DNA from: Planctomycetota bacterium
Lineage (GTDB): Bacteria > Planctomycetota > Brocadiia > JAADGH01
DNA: 64,000 bases
Assembly (NCBI GenBank): GCA_040755855.1
Contig: JBFMAD010000002.1
Span: 32,001 to 96,000 of the forward strand
Direction: 5' to 3'
In this document: one piece after another, positions 26,304-35,110 of the stretch
Numbering within the stretch: the stretch's first letter is position 1
How the letters are laid out: each line of letters opens with the position of its first letter
Notes under the pieces: model-generated
Seen by the model: the letters and a program-made list of their open reading frames with translations, nothing else
What the model was told of the DNA's origin: nothing
The model's database searches: none
Translations under genes and position numbers: made by a program

Positions 26304-26331
26304 CGTGGATTCCCGCTTTCGCGGGAATGAC
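26304..26331. repeat. REP-like palindrome
   Basis: Identical to 25010-25037. Confidence 0.85.
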
Positions 26332-26343
26332 ACCCCTGGCCGT

Positions 26344-28236
26344 CTATTTCTCCAACTTCACAATGCCCCACAGGTCGAGCTCGGGAACGGTGATCTCTAT
26401 TCCGTTCTCAACCTGCCTAATCCCCAGCGACACCGGCTCGCTCGCGCCGGGGTTGGCCTTGTCGAGCTTGGCCGGGGGCTGATACAGCGTCGCCTTGCTG
26501 AGCGTCCGGCCGCCGAACAGCGCCTTGTCGAGCGTGACCTTGATGTTCGTCACCTTCTTCATGCTGTCGCTCGGCTCGTCGTAGTTGCGGTTGAGCAGGT
26601 GCAGGACCGCCGGGGCGTCCGGGTTGTCCGGAATAGCCCGGGCGACGGCGATGACGTTCTCCGCCCCTTCGATGGCGATCTGTTTGGGCAGCAGCTTCCG
26701 CAGGGCCGCCTCGTCGAGACCGGACTTGTCGTCCCACTTCACCACCTTTCCCGCCGCCGCGAAGTCATCAACAGCCTTCTTCTGTTCGCCATCGAGTCCC
26801 GCCCTCGGCGGGATCGGCTCGCAGACGACAAGGGCCTTATATTTCGCCAGCTTGTCCGCGCTTAGCTTCACGTCGAGCCAGTCGTCGCCCGCGATGACGA
26901 TCTCGAAGGGTACGCTGTTCTTCGCCAGATGGAGGCAGGCGTGCTGCATGGCCAGGCGGCATTGGTGGTCGAGGCGCGCTGCGGCGTTGCTGTAGAGAAG
27001 GACGATCAGGCCCACGCTATCGTATCCATCAAGCAGCGCGGCGTTGCGCCGGACGAAGCGATAGACGTGGGCAAAATCCTCCGGTTGGCTCTGATACCAA
27101 TGGGTTCCCTTCTCCTTTGTGTAGGCCCACTGCCGGTGCGGGGCCATAAGGCAGTGGCCGAAGGCGTAGTCCTGGGCGATCCACATGCGAACCAGGCCGG
27201 GCTTCTTGTGCGCATCCACGTAGGCCCAGTCCCACCCGGCCCCGGTGCATGCCTGGAAGCGGCCGACGGCGTCGCCCATCTTGAAGGCCCAGACCGGTTC
27301 GAGGTCCCAGTTCTGTTGCGGGCCCCACTGCGGCTTCTCCGCGCCGTGATGGACCTCGCCGCAGAAGTAGGCAAGATACGGCGCAATGACGAGGCTCTCG
27401 GGACCGGAGCAACTCGAGTTCACGCTGAGCATGAGCGGGTGGCCGACGAGCTGCTCGCCGTGCTTCCGCGCCTCGTCCACAAAGGCCGCGGCGCTGAAGT
27501 AGAGGAACCGCTTGAAGTCCGGCCCCAGATGCTCCGGCGATCCGAGGATCTTCTTGAAGTCCTGAACCGTCTTGACACCCTTGCCGTTGAGGAAGGTCTT
27601 GTAGTCGAAGTTGTCCGGCGACTCGATGCCGCATGCCTTCAGCCTGTCGGCGGACACATTGGTCTTGACATACTCCTTGAACGCCGTCATACAGTACTTG
27701 CAGAAGCAGCATCCTTGCCACTCCGTGCCTGCGGTGCCGTTGTAGTCGTCAATATGCAGGCCCTCCACGCTGGCCTTCATGCCGAGCATGACCTGCCACT
27801 TGAGGTACTTTCGGTATCCCGGCGCGTTGGTGCAGAACCAGTAGGCCGGCTCGCCGGTTTTCTTGTGCTTGTGGTCCCAGAGCCAGGGCACGGTGATGGG
27901 CTTGCCCTCGATGGTGAGACAGAGGCTGTCGCGCCAGTTCGCGTCGAAGTCCATCATGCCGACAAACGCCGTGCGGAAGGCGGCGCCGGCGGAGTAGCGT
28001 ATGCCGAGGTCGTGGGCGACCTTGACGCGCTCCTGGAATTCCTTGATAGCCTTCTCATTGTCGGTCCATGGCTTGCCGCCCCAACTGACGAGCGTGGCGC
28101 CATAGATCTCGTAGATCTCTTTCTCCCTTGCCCCCATGAAGATGACGTCGGAGCGCTTGATTGATGTCTCGTCGGCCATAATAGTAGCCACTCCCATGAG
28201 CATCCCAAGGATAAGAACCCGTGTTCTGGCTGTCAT
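26344..28236 (-). CDS. Secreted glycoside-hydrolase-like protein (TIM barrel plus GH42-type trimerisation-like domain)
   Basis: Signal peptide; CTNAPGYR, GLHIDD, GCCFCKYC; later VLLYS and L.KYKALVV segments. Confidence 0.55.
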   Translation of the reverse strand: MTARTRVLILGMLMGVATIMADETSIKRSDVIFMGAREKEIYEIYGATLVSWGGKPWTDNEKAIKEFQERVKVAHDLGIRYSAGAAFRTAFVGMMDFDANWRDSLCLTIEGKPITVPWLWDHKHKKTGEPAYWFCTNAPGYRKYLKWQVMLGMKASVEGLHIDDYNGTAGTEWQGCCFCKYCMTAFKEYVKTNVSADRLKACGIESPDNFDYKTFLNGKGVKTVQDFKKILGSPEHLGPDFKRFLYFSAAAFVDEARKHGEQLVGHPLMLSVNSSCSGPESLVIAPYLAYFCGEVHHGAEKPQWGPQQNWDLEPVWAFKMGDAVGRFQACTGAGWDWAYVDAHKKPGLVRMWIAQDYAFGHCLMAPHRQWAYTKEKGTHWYQSQPEDFAHVYRFVRRNAALLDGYDSVGLIVLLYSNAAARLDHQCRLAMQHACLHLAKNSVPFEIVIAGDDWLDVKLSADKLAKYKALVVCEPIPPRAGLDGEQKKAVDDFAAAGKVVKWDDKSGLDEAALRKLLPKQIAIEGAENVIAVARAIPDNPDAPAVLHLLNRNYDEPSDSMKKVTNIKVTLDKALFGGRTLSKATLYQPPAKLDKANPGASEPVSLGIRQVENGIEITVPELDLWGIVKLEK

Positions 28237-28320
28237 GATTGTCCTCAAAAAAAGGCGCACGTCTCGCAATTCGCGAACTATCAAATTATCATCTCGGGAA
28301 GGCAAATGCAAGGGCGGTCA

Positions 28321-28854
28321 TTAGGAGGATGCGGCAGGGTCCGGGCCGGGGGCGCTCTCCCCCAACATGGAGGTCAGAACCTCGAGCCCCCTATCGTAGC
28401 TCGTCTGCCCCTTCGGATTAGTCACTTGCGGCATCCGCTCTCGGAGCAGCGCCACAAGCCGATCCAGTTTGATTACCAACCCGAAGCTCAGGCCGAGTTT
28501 GCCCAACACCTCCTGGTTGATGCGATTGACATTTTGCACAACCTTCGGGTTTCGGCTGCTTGAGCAACTGTGCGTCTTTCCCCAAACGGAACCCTTCTCG
28601 TCTTTCTCCCGCCGGGCGCATTTGAGGCAGATATCGTCGTATTCCTCGACAAACTCGATCTCCACGCCACGCGGGTCCTCCTCGATTCGTCTGACCACAT
28701 CGTCGAAGCCGTCCTCGTTGTAGGCCTTCTCGGCCAGCGTCGTGAGCTGGCTCCCCCAGATTTCCCTTCTTCGGTCCTCCGTCTTGAGATGCAGACACCC
28801 GAAGTACTGGACGACATTTGCCGGATGATAGGGCCGCAACCGTATCCTGGTCAT
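28321..28854 (-). CDS. DUF1284-like protein
   Basis: RLRPYH ... Y ... VEEYDDICLKC ... C pattern. Confidence 0.65.
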   Translation of the reverse strand: MTRIRLRPYHPANVVQYFGCLHLKTEDRRREIWGSQLTTLAEKAYNEDGFDDVVRRIEEDPRGVEIEFVEEYDDICLKCARREKDEKGSVWGKTHSCSSSRNPKVVQNVNRINQEVLGKLGLSFGLVIKLDRLVALLRERMPQVTNPKGQTSYDRGLEVLTSMLGESAPGPDPAASS

Positions 28855-28881
28855 TCCGCGCTCCTTCCTGTCGCTTGGGTG

Positions 28882-29556
28882 TTATCCGGTAGTCCAGCCG
28901 CAAAGGATGGCGACGATCCCCTCGACGGCGTCGGCGATGAAGACCTTGCCCTTCTCGGCGGCGGAGGGGATGGCCTGCTCGTTCACGATCGCATCGCGGC
29001 GGACGTGCTGGGGGAAACCGGCCATGGCGATGGACGTCTCGTACTCCTGGGCGTGGGCGGGATAACGCTTGGTCTCCATGATGGACTCGGTCTTATCCTT
29101 GTCCACCAGGTCCCAGTAGGTCACGATTGCGATGTTGGCCCTAAGTTTCTCCCGGAACTCGTCCATGCGATCCGCAATAGGCTTGTGGTTGCCGAGATGG
29201 CCGTTGACGATGAGCACGTTCTTCAGCCCGTGGTGGGTGACGATACTGTTGCAGTAGTCGAAGACAACCTCAGCAAGAACGTCTTCGCGGAGTGTGAGCG
29301 TGCCGCGCATGTCCTTCCAGCCGGCGGAGAGGCCGACGGCCATCGGCGGGGTGACGACCACATGGGGATACACGCGCAGCGCGGCCTCGCGGGCGATATG
29401 CGCCGCGCTGGCCGTATCATGGATCAAGGCGAGGTGTTCGTAGTGATTCTCCACGCTGCCGACGGGGATGAGCGCGCCGACGAGGTCGCCGCTCTCCAGC
29501 CACGCGGTGTACTCCTTCTGGGTCAGCTCATGGAGGATGACGCTGTGCTTGGGCAT
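28882..29556 (-). CDS. Creatininase family amidohydrolase
   Basis: PVGSVENH..HL...D, NGHLGN, HAQEYETS metal ligands. Confidence 0.85.
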   Translation of the reverse strand: MPKHSVILHELTQKEYTAWLESGDLVGALIPVGSVENHYEHLALIHDTASAAHIAREAALRVYPHVVVTPPMAVGLSAGWKDMRGTLTLREDVLAEVVFDYCNSIVTHHGLKNVLIVNGHLGNHKPIADRMDEFREKLRANIAIVTYWDLVDKDKTESIMETKRYPAHAQEYETSIAMAGFPQHVRRDAIVNEQAIPSAAEKGKVFIADAVEGIVAILCGWTTG

Positions 29557-29570
29557 GGAAATAGGTCCTG

Positions 29571-30527
29571 TCAGATCGGGTCAACGTCGCCAAGCATCTT
29601 GTCGTAGAATTTGACCAGGCCCTCGGCATCGTCCTCCTTCATCTGCTCCATCGCCGCCAGGGGGTGCTTGTTAAGGATGCCCGTGATCATGTAGGGAAGG
29701 TAGTATCCCCACCGCATCTCCTTCTGAAGAAGGACATACTTTCGGCTGACCACGTCGAGTAGCGGCTTGAGGTTGAACTTCGGGTTCTTCAGGAAGCCCA
29801 TCAGCAGCTCCAGAGGGCAATTGCCCGCCGCCCGTCCGATGCCGTAGAGTGTGCCGTCCAGGAAGTTGGCGCCTTTGATGATCGCCTCAATGGTGTTGGC
29901 GAAGGCCAACTGCTGGTTGTTGTGGCAGTGGATGCCCACTTCCTTTGTCTTGAGGTATCGCTTGTACTTGGCGACGTAGTAGTCAATATCCTCGGAATAG
30001 AGCGCGCCGAAGCTGTCCACGATGTAACACGCCTTGATCTTGGTCTCCTCCTCCACCTGGGCCAGGGCCTCGTCCAGTTCGCGGTCGAGGGCGTGGGAGA
30101 TGGCCATGATGTTGATGGTGGTCTCGTAACCCTTCTCCACGGCGCTGTTGGCGAGGCGGATGGCCTTGTCCATATCCTTGACATAGGTGGCCACCCGGAT
30201 CATGTCCACCACGCTCTCCTCCTTCGGGAGGATGTCCTCTGACAGGGCCTTGTGGGCGTCCTGCATGATGGCGATCTTGCAGCGAGGCTCGACGCCGTCC
30301 ACGGCCTCGCGGAGCGTCTCCTCGTTGCAGAAGCGCCACGGGCCGAAGTTGTTGGAGCCGAGCAGGCCGGGATTGTTCCGGTAGCCCAGCTCGCAGTAGT
30401 CCACGCCCGCCGCGCTGACGGCCTTGAAGGTTTCCCGCACCAGATCAACGGGGAAGCGCGAATCGTTCATCAGTCCGCCGTCGCGGATCGAACAGTCCAA
30501 CACGGTAATTGCGGGCCTATACACCAC
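29571..30527 (-). CDS. HMGL-like (DRE-TIM) aldolase, 4-hydroxy-2-oxovalerate aldolase-like
   Basis: LDCSIRDGG, YIVDSFG, GIHCHNNQQLA, GIGRAAGN. Confidence 0.85.
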   Translation of the reverse strand: MVYRPAITVLDCSIRDGGLMNDSRFPVDLVRETFKAVSAAGVDYCELGYRNNPGLLGSNNFGPWRFCNEETLREAVDGVEPRCKIAIMQDAHKALSEDILPKEESVVDMIRVATYVKDMDKAIRLANSAVEKGYETTINIMAISHALDRELDEALAQVEEETKIKACYIVDSFGALYSEDIDYYVAKYKRYLKTKEVGIHCHNNQQLAFANTIEAIIKGANFLDGTLYGIGRAAGNCPLELLMGFLKNPKFNLKPLLDVVSRKYVLLQKEMRWGYYLPYMITGILNKHPLAAMEQMKEDDAEGLVKFYDKMLGDVDPI

Positions 30528-30566
30528 TTACTCTCCAAATAGAATGAGAATATCCCACCGCGAGGG

Positions 30567-31049
30567 CTACTCCTGTTTTGCGCCGCCTTCGGCGCCTTTT
30601 TTCAGCCGTTCGACTTCCTGGCGCGCGGCGTCGAGTTTGGCCTGAAGGTCGGCGATCTTCTCATTCAGACCATCGAGGGCGGCCTGCTTCTCCGCGGCAT
30701 CCTTTCGGGCCACCTCCGCCGCTGCATTGGCCTTGCTGAGCTGGGCCTTGAGCAAGTCGCGCTCCTTCGTGATCGTCTCGAGATTCGCCTTCGCCCTGGC
30801 CAAGTCCGCTTCCTTCTGTTTCATGGCGGCGGTCATGTCGCTGGCATTCTGCTCGGCGGCCTTCCCCGCCTCTTGAGCCTCCTTCAATTGGCGCGTCGCC
30901 TCGTCGCGGGCCGTGCTGACCTTGCCGAGCAACTCCTCCTTCGCGGCCAGCTGGTCCTTCACCGCCTGATACTCCCGATTCGACACCATGCAGCCCGCGG
31001 CCAGCACGGCCATAACCACACACACCACTTCCAGGATTACTATGCGCAT
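30567..31049 (-). CDS. Coiled-coil lipoprotein
   Basis: LAAGC lipobox followed by a heptad-rich helix. Confidence 0.7.
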   Translation of the reverse strand: MRIVILEVVCVVMAVLAAGCMVSNREYQAVKDQLAAKEELLGKVSTARDEATRQLKEAQEAGKAAEQNASDMTAAMKQKEADLARAKANLETITKERDLLKAQLSKANAAAEVARKDAAEKQAALDGLNEKIADLQAKLDAARQEVERLKKGAEGGAKQE

Positions 31050-31215
31050 TTTGCGCCTCCCTCCCTGCCGATGCTCCTGTCTCATTGCCTTGAGGTGATT
31101 CCAACAATACAGCCACTACTATAACGGAAAGAAGGGCATGAGTTCAAATGTTTTTCATAGGCGATTCGGGTTGCGCTTCGCAGAGGAACCGGTATAATGA
31201 ATCCCCATTCTTGAT

Positions 31216-32754
31216 TTGAGCTCTTCCATCCAGGAAAGGAACCCCCGAATAAACGTCATCCTCATAATGGTAGATTCCCTCAACCGCACCTATCTCAGCC
31301 CCTACGGCGCGGACATCAAGACGCCGAATTTCGAGCGCCTCGCCAAACGGTGCGTCACGATGGACCGGCACTGGACCGGCTCCATGCCCACCATGCCCTG
31401 CCGCCGCGAGGTGCACGCCGGCATCCACGAATACCTCTGGCGCGGCTGGGGACCGCTCGAGCCCTTCGACATCACCCTCGCGCAATTGTGCCGCGAGAAG
31501 GGCCAGGTGGCCATGCTCCTCACCGACTGCTACCACTACTTCCAGGAGGGTTCGGGCAACTACCACATGGACTTCACCGGCTGGGAGTTTTTCCGCGGAC
31601 ACGAGACCGACAACTGGATCACCGACCCCATTGAGCCGCCGCGCATCTACCGCAAGATGCTCGAAGAGAAGGGCGAAAAGGGCGCGGCCTACATGCGCAA
31701 CACGGCCCGCTTCCGCGACGAGCGCGACTTCTTCAGCCCCCGCCTCCTGCGTCGCGCCGCCGAGTGGCTCGATGAGAACCACACGCACCAGGACTTCTTT
31801 CTCATGATTGACAGCTTCGACGTGCACGAGCCGTTCCACGTCCCGCCGCCGTACGACATCATGTACGACCCCGACTTCACCGGCGAGTGGCCGATCTGGA
31901 ACAAGTACGCCCCCGCCGACGCCTTCGCCCCAGCGGAGTTGAGGCACATCCGGGCCCAGTACATGGGTAAGGTCACCATGTTCGACAAGTGGCTCGGCGG
32001 CGTGCTCGACCGGATTGACCGGTATGGCCTATGGGAGAATACGCTGGTCATGTTGACATCCGACCACGGCCACCACCTCGGCGAGCACGGGTGGGTGGGG
32101 AAGAACAAGGCCCCGTTCTTCTCGCACCTGACGAACATCCCGCTTTTTGTCTCCCTCCCGGGAATGAAGCCGAAGCTCGGCAGCCGATTGCGGATGCTGA
32201 CGAGCCAGATTGACACGTATCCGACGATCGCGGAGGCGCTGGGACTGACGATCCCGCAGGGGTACACCATTCATGGATATTCCATGCTCCCGGCCCTGCG
32301 GGGGAAGGCGAAGAAGATCCGCGACATCGCCCACACGGGCTACTTCGGCATGCCGGTGGTCGTCAGCGACGGGCGCTACGCCCTGCACAAGATGCCCGCC
32401 CGGCCCGACAACGCGCCGCTCTGCTCCTACGGCATCAACATCGAGGCATTTCACAAACGATCGGCGAACCCTTACCGCAACGCAGAGACGGGGCGTTTCC
32501 TCCCCTACACCGATGCGATCGTGTTCAAAAACACGCTCCGCGCACCCGATGCGTTTGCGGTCCCACCGAAGGGGAAGGACGGCAAACCACAGCCCGACCT
32601 GCTCTTCGACCTGACGGTGGGCGACGACATCTCGCAGGACATATACAAGGACAACCCCAACATTGTGGCGCAGTTGACGAGGAAGCTCATCGAGGAGTTC
32701 CATCGCCTCAAGGCCCCAACGGAGCAGTTCATGCGACTGGGACTGGATCAATGA
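31216..32754 (+). CDS. Sulfatase-like hydrolase (alkaline phosphatase superfamily), Thr at nucleophile position; probable start at ATA 31249
   Basis: NVILIMVDSL, SMPTMPCRR, FDVHEPF, TSDHG motifs. Confidence 0.85.
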   Translation: MSSSIQERNPRINVILIMVDSLNRTYLSPYGADIKTPNFERLAKRCVTMDRHWTGSMPTMPCRREVHAGIHEYLWRGWGPLEPFDITLAQLCREKGQVAMLLTDCYHYFQEGSGNYHMDFTGWEFFRGHETDNWITDPIEPPRIYRKMLEEKGEKGAAYMRNTARFRDERDFFSPRLLRRAAEWLDENHTHQDFFLMIDSFDVHEPFHVPPPYDIMYDPDFTGEWPIWNKYAPADAFAPAELRHIRAQYMGKVTMFDKWLGGVLDRIDRYGLWENTLVMLTSDHGHHLGEHGWVGKNKAPFFSHLTNIPLFVSLPGMKPKLGSRLRMLTSQIDTYPTIAEALGLTIPQGYTIHGYSMLPALRGKAKKIRDIAHTGYFGMPVVVSDGRYALHKMPARPDNAPLCSYGINIEAFHKRSANPYRNAETGRFLPYTDAIVFKNTLRAPDAFAVPPKGKDGKPQPDLLFDLTVGDDISQDIYKDNPNIVAQLTRKLIEEFHRLKAPTEQFMRLGLDQ

Positions 32755-34523
32755 CAGAAGATAAGGATACAGCCAAGGCCCTGCCCATCGGGGTTCTTCT
32801 GCTCGGGATCGTCCTGTTGGGGACGGCCCTCCGCACGATCCTGATGGTGGGCCGCGGTCAGGTGCTCGAGTTCGACGAGAACTTCTATCTGATTCTCGCG
32901 CGGAACCTGTTTTCGGGTGTGGGGTATGTCCTGGACCTGTATCCCGACATCAAGTACTCGCCTTTGTTCCCTCTCGCCGCAGGGACGCTAAGCCTTCTCG
33001 TCGGCGACCTCATCTGGGCCGGGCGAATCGTCTCCATCCTGGCCGGCGCGCTGACCTGCATCCCGTTCTACCTGCTCCTCAAGCGATTGGACCGGGCGAA
33101 CGTCGCATTGATCGGCTCGCTCTTTCTGGCCGTGTTCCCGCCGATGCAGGACTTCGTCATGCACAGCGCGCGGTCGCGGGACATCCTCCACACCGGCGCC
33201 GAGCCGCCGGCCCTGTTCCTGATGATGTGGGGCGTCCTGTTTATCGTGTGGAGCGCAAAGGGCGGGCGCAAGCTCCTGGCGCTGGGCGCCGGAGCGGCGT
33301 TTGGTCTCGCCTACCTGGCTCGGCCCGAGTGCCTGCTGTATTCGCCGATGTATGCCGCGGCGATCGTGGCCCTGGCGATGGTCGCCGATCGCGCTTCGCT
33401 GCGGCATCGAATCGTCTGCGCCCTCTTGTGTATCGCAGGCACAGCGGTTGTGGCGTCTCCCTATGTGCTCTACCTGCACAAGCACACGGGGCGGTGGACG
33501 GTGAGCGGGAAGGTGCTGATCCCGAAGGCCCGGATCACCGGCGTGGACGACGTCTTCGACCGGAACGATTGGACCGAGCTGCAGGAAGACGCCTTCGCCC
33601 TAAGCCCCGACAACAAACACCTCGAAAGCACCCACTGGGGCGTGAGCGATTACCATCGAGAGAAGTACGCCGAGGAGGGGGGCGCGGGGTGGGGGCTGGG
33701 CGCGGCGCGCGTGGCCGCGAATGTTCGACGGTGCTTCAGCTCGGTCTTCTGGAACCTGTGCCCGGTCTATCTCTGGCCGTTTCTCGTCGGGGGATTCGTC
33801 CTGGCCGTCATCCGGTGTTTCACGAGCAGGGCGGCTCTCGAAAACGAGATCCTCTTGCTGGTCCTTGCCGGGCCGGGCGCGGCGCTTGCGCTCGGATATC
33901 GAATCCTGCCGCGGTACCTCCTCCCCGTCTGCTTTCTGGTGATCTACTACAGCGCCGCGGCGGCTGTGTGGCTGGCCCGGCGCGCGGCCGAGTACGGCGA
34001 CGTGGCGCAGCGGGCGCCGGCCGGGGCGCTGGCAATTGTAATGGGTGTTCACGCCCTGTGGCCTGCGATATACGCCAACGAGGCGGCCCAAGGCTGGCTC
34101 GCGTTTGCGGCAGAGCGCGGTCTGGCGGCGGAGGTCATATCCCAGCACACCGAGAAGGACTTAACGATCATGAGCTTCCATCCCCAGGCCGTCTTTCGAT
34201 CCGGCCGGCGCTGGAGGACCATGCCGCTTGCGGAGGCGAAACGGGTCTTCGAGTACGCCTGCAACACGAAGGCCGACGCCCTCATCTTCGGGCAGGACCA
34301 ACCGCCGGAATACGACTACCCGTTCCACAGGCAGGAGCGGTTTCGGTGGGTGTTGTTTGATATGCGGCCATTGCTCCAGGCCGGCGTCCCCCTCGACAAA
34401 GGCATTTTTCAGCCGGAGAAACGCATCACCAACCGAACCCCCAAGGGCGATGTTCGGTTCATGCTCATTGTAAAGGCCATCCCCGCGTCGTCGGCGCTGC
34501 AGGCCCCGAAACCTGAGCGTTAG
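32751..34523 (+). CDS. GT-C fold glycosyltransferase (GT39/PMT_2/ArnT-like)
   Basis: First-loop DE motif (FDENFY), about 11 TM helices, LAYLARPE. Confidence 0.8.
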   Translation: MTEDKDTAKALPIGVLLLGIVLLGTALRTILMVGRGQVLEFDENFYLILARNLFSGVGYVLDLYPDIKYSPLFPLAAGTLSLLVGDLIWAGRIVSILAGALTCIPFYLLLKRLDRANVALIGSLFLAVFPPMQDFVMHSARSRDILHTGAEPPALFLMMWGVLFIVWSAKGGRKLLALGAGAAFGLAYLARPECLLYSPMYAAAIVALAMVADRASLRHRIVCALLCIAGTAVVASPYVLYLHKHTGRWTVSGKVLIPKARITGVDDVFDRNDWTELQEDAFALSPDNKHLESTHWGVSDYHREKYAEEGGAGWGLGAARVAANVRRCFSSVFWNLCPVYLWPFLVGGFVLAVIRCFTSRAALENEILLLVLAGPGAALALGYRILPRYLLPVCFLVIYYSAAAAVWLARRAAEYGDVAQRAPAGALAIVMGVHALWPAIYANEAAQGWLAFAAERGLAAEVISQHTEKDLTIMSFHPQAVFRSGRRWRTMPLAEAKRVFEYACNTKADALIFGQDQPPEYDYPFHRQERFRWVLFDMRPLLQAGVPLDKGIFQPEKRITNRTPKGDVRFMLIVKAIPASSALQAPKPER

Positions 34524-35110
34524 TCCCTCGGTCGGGCGACGCAGAAGATGTAATGATGGTAGGTGGCGTAGATTTCCCTATGCTCGATGTGGAAGCGGCG
34601 GGAAAGAGCGGCGCACAGCGCCTGCCAGGGGCGGGGATGGGCGCCCCGGTCATATCGCCAGAGCAGGAGGCTGACGAGGGAGCTCGGCCAGGGAATTATG
34701 TCGCTGAGAATCACCCGGTCTCTGACGACCCGGCTGAGCTCGTCTATGAGCTGCCCCACCTGTTTGTCCGAGAGATGGTGGCACATGTTCACACACAGCG
34801 CCATATCCACGCTCTTGTCCCTCAGACAAATCTGTGTTGCGTCTCCCAACATTGCCAGTGATTCGACGCCCTGAGGGCCAAATCCCTCCAACTTCTGCGG
34901 GTCGTTGTCGAACCAGAGGTAGCAAGCCGTCTTCGGCAGCAGAGACGCGACAAGCCCCGTTCCGGCCCCGACGTCGAGGATTGTTTGACCGTCGCTTCCC
35001 GCGAGGATCGGGCGCAGGCGGCAAAGGAGCTGCCGAACGCCGCAAAAGATGCGCATCCTGTTGTATATCCACGGGTGGGCGACGATGCGGTGAAGCAGCG
35101 CCCTAAGCAA
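34520..35110 (-). CDS. Class I SAM-dependent methyltransferase
   Basis: ILDVGAGTG, GDA...L, HHL motifs. Confidence 0.85.
   Translation of the reverse strand: MLRALLHRIVAHPWIYNRMRIFCGVRQLLCRLRPILAGSDGQTILDVGAGTGLVASLLPKTACYLWFDNDPQKLEGFGPQGVESLAMLGDATQICLRDKSVDMALCVNMCHHLSDKQVGQLIDELSRVVRDRVILSDIIPWPSSLVSLLLWRYDRGAHPRPWQALCAALSRRFHIEHREIYATYHHYIFCVARPRD

Noticed and set aside
20864..26331. Possible CRISPR array or integron attC sites from the repeated palindromes
   Set aside because: Copies are kilobases apart with no regular spacers, no cas or intI gene, and no RYYYAAC/GTTRRRY attC ends
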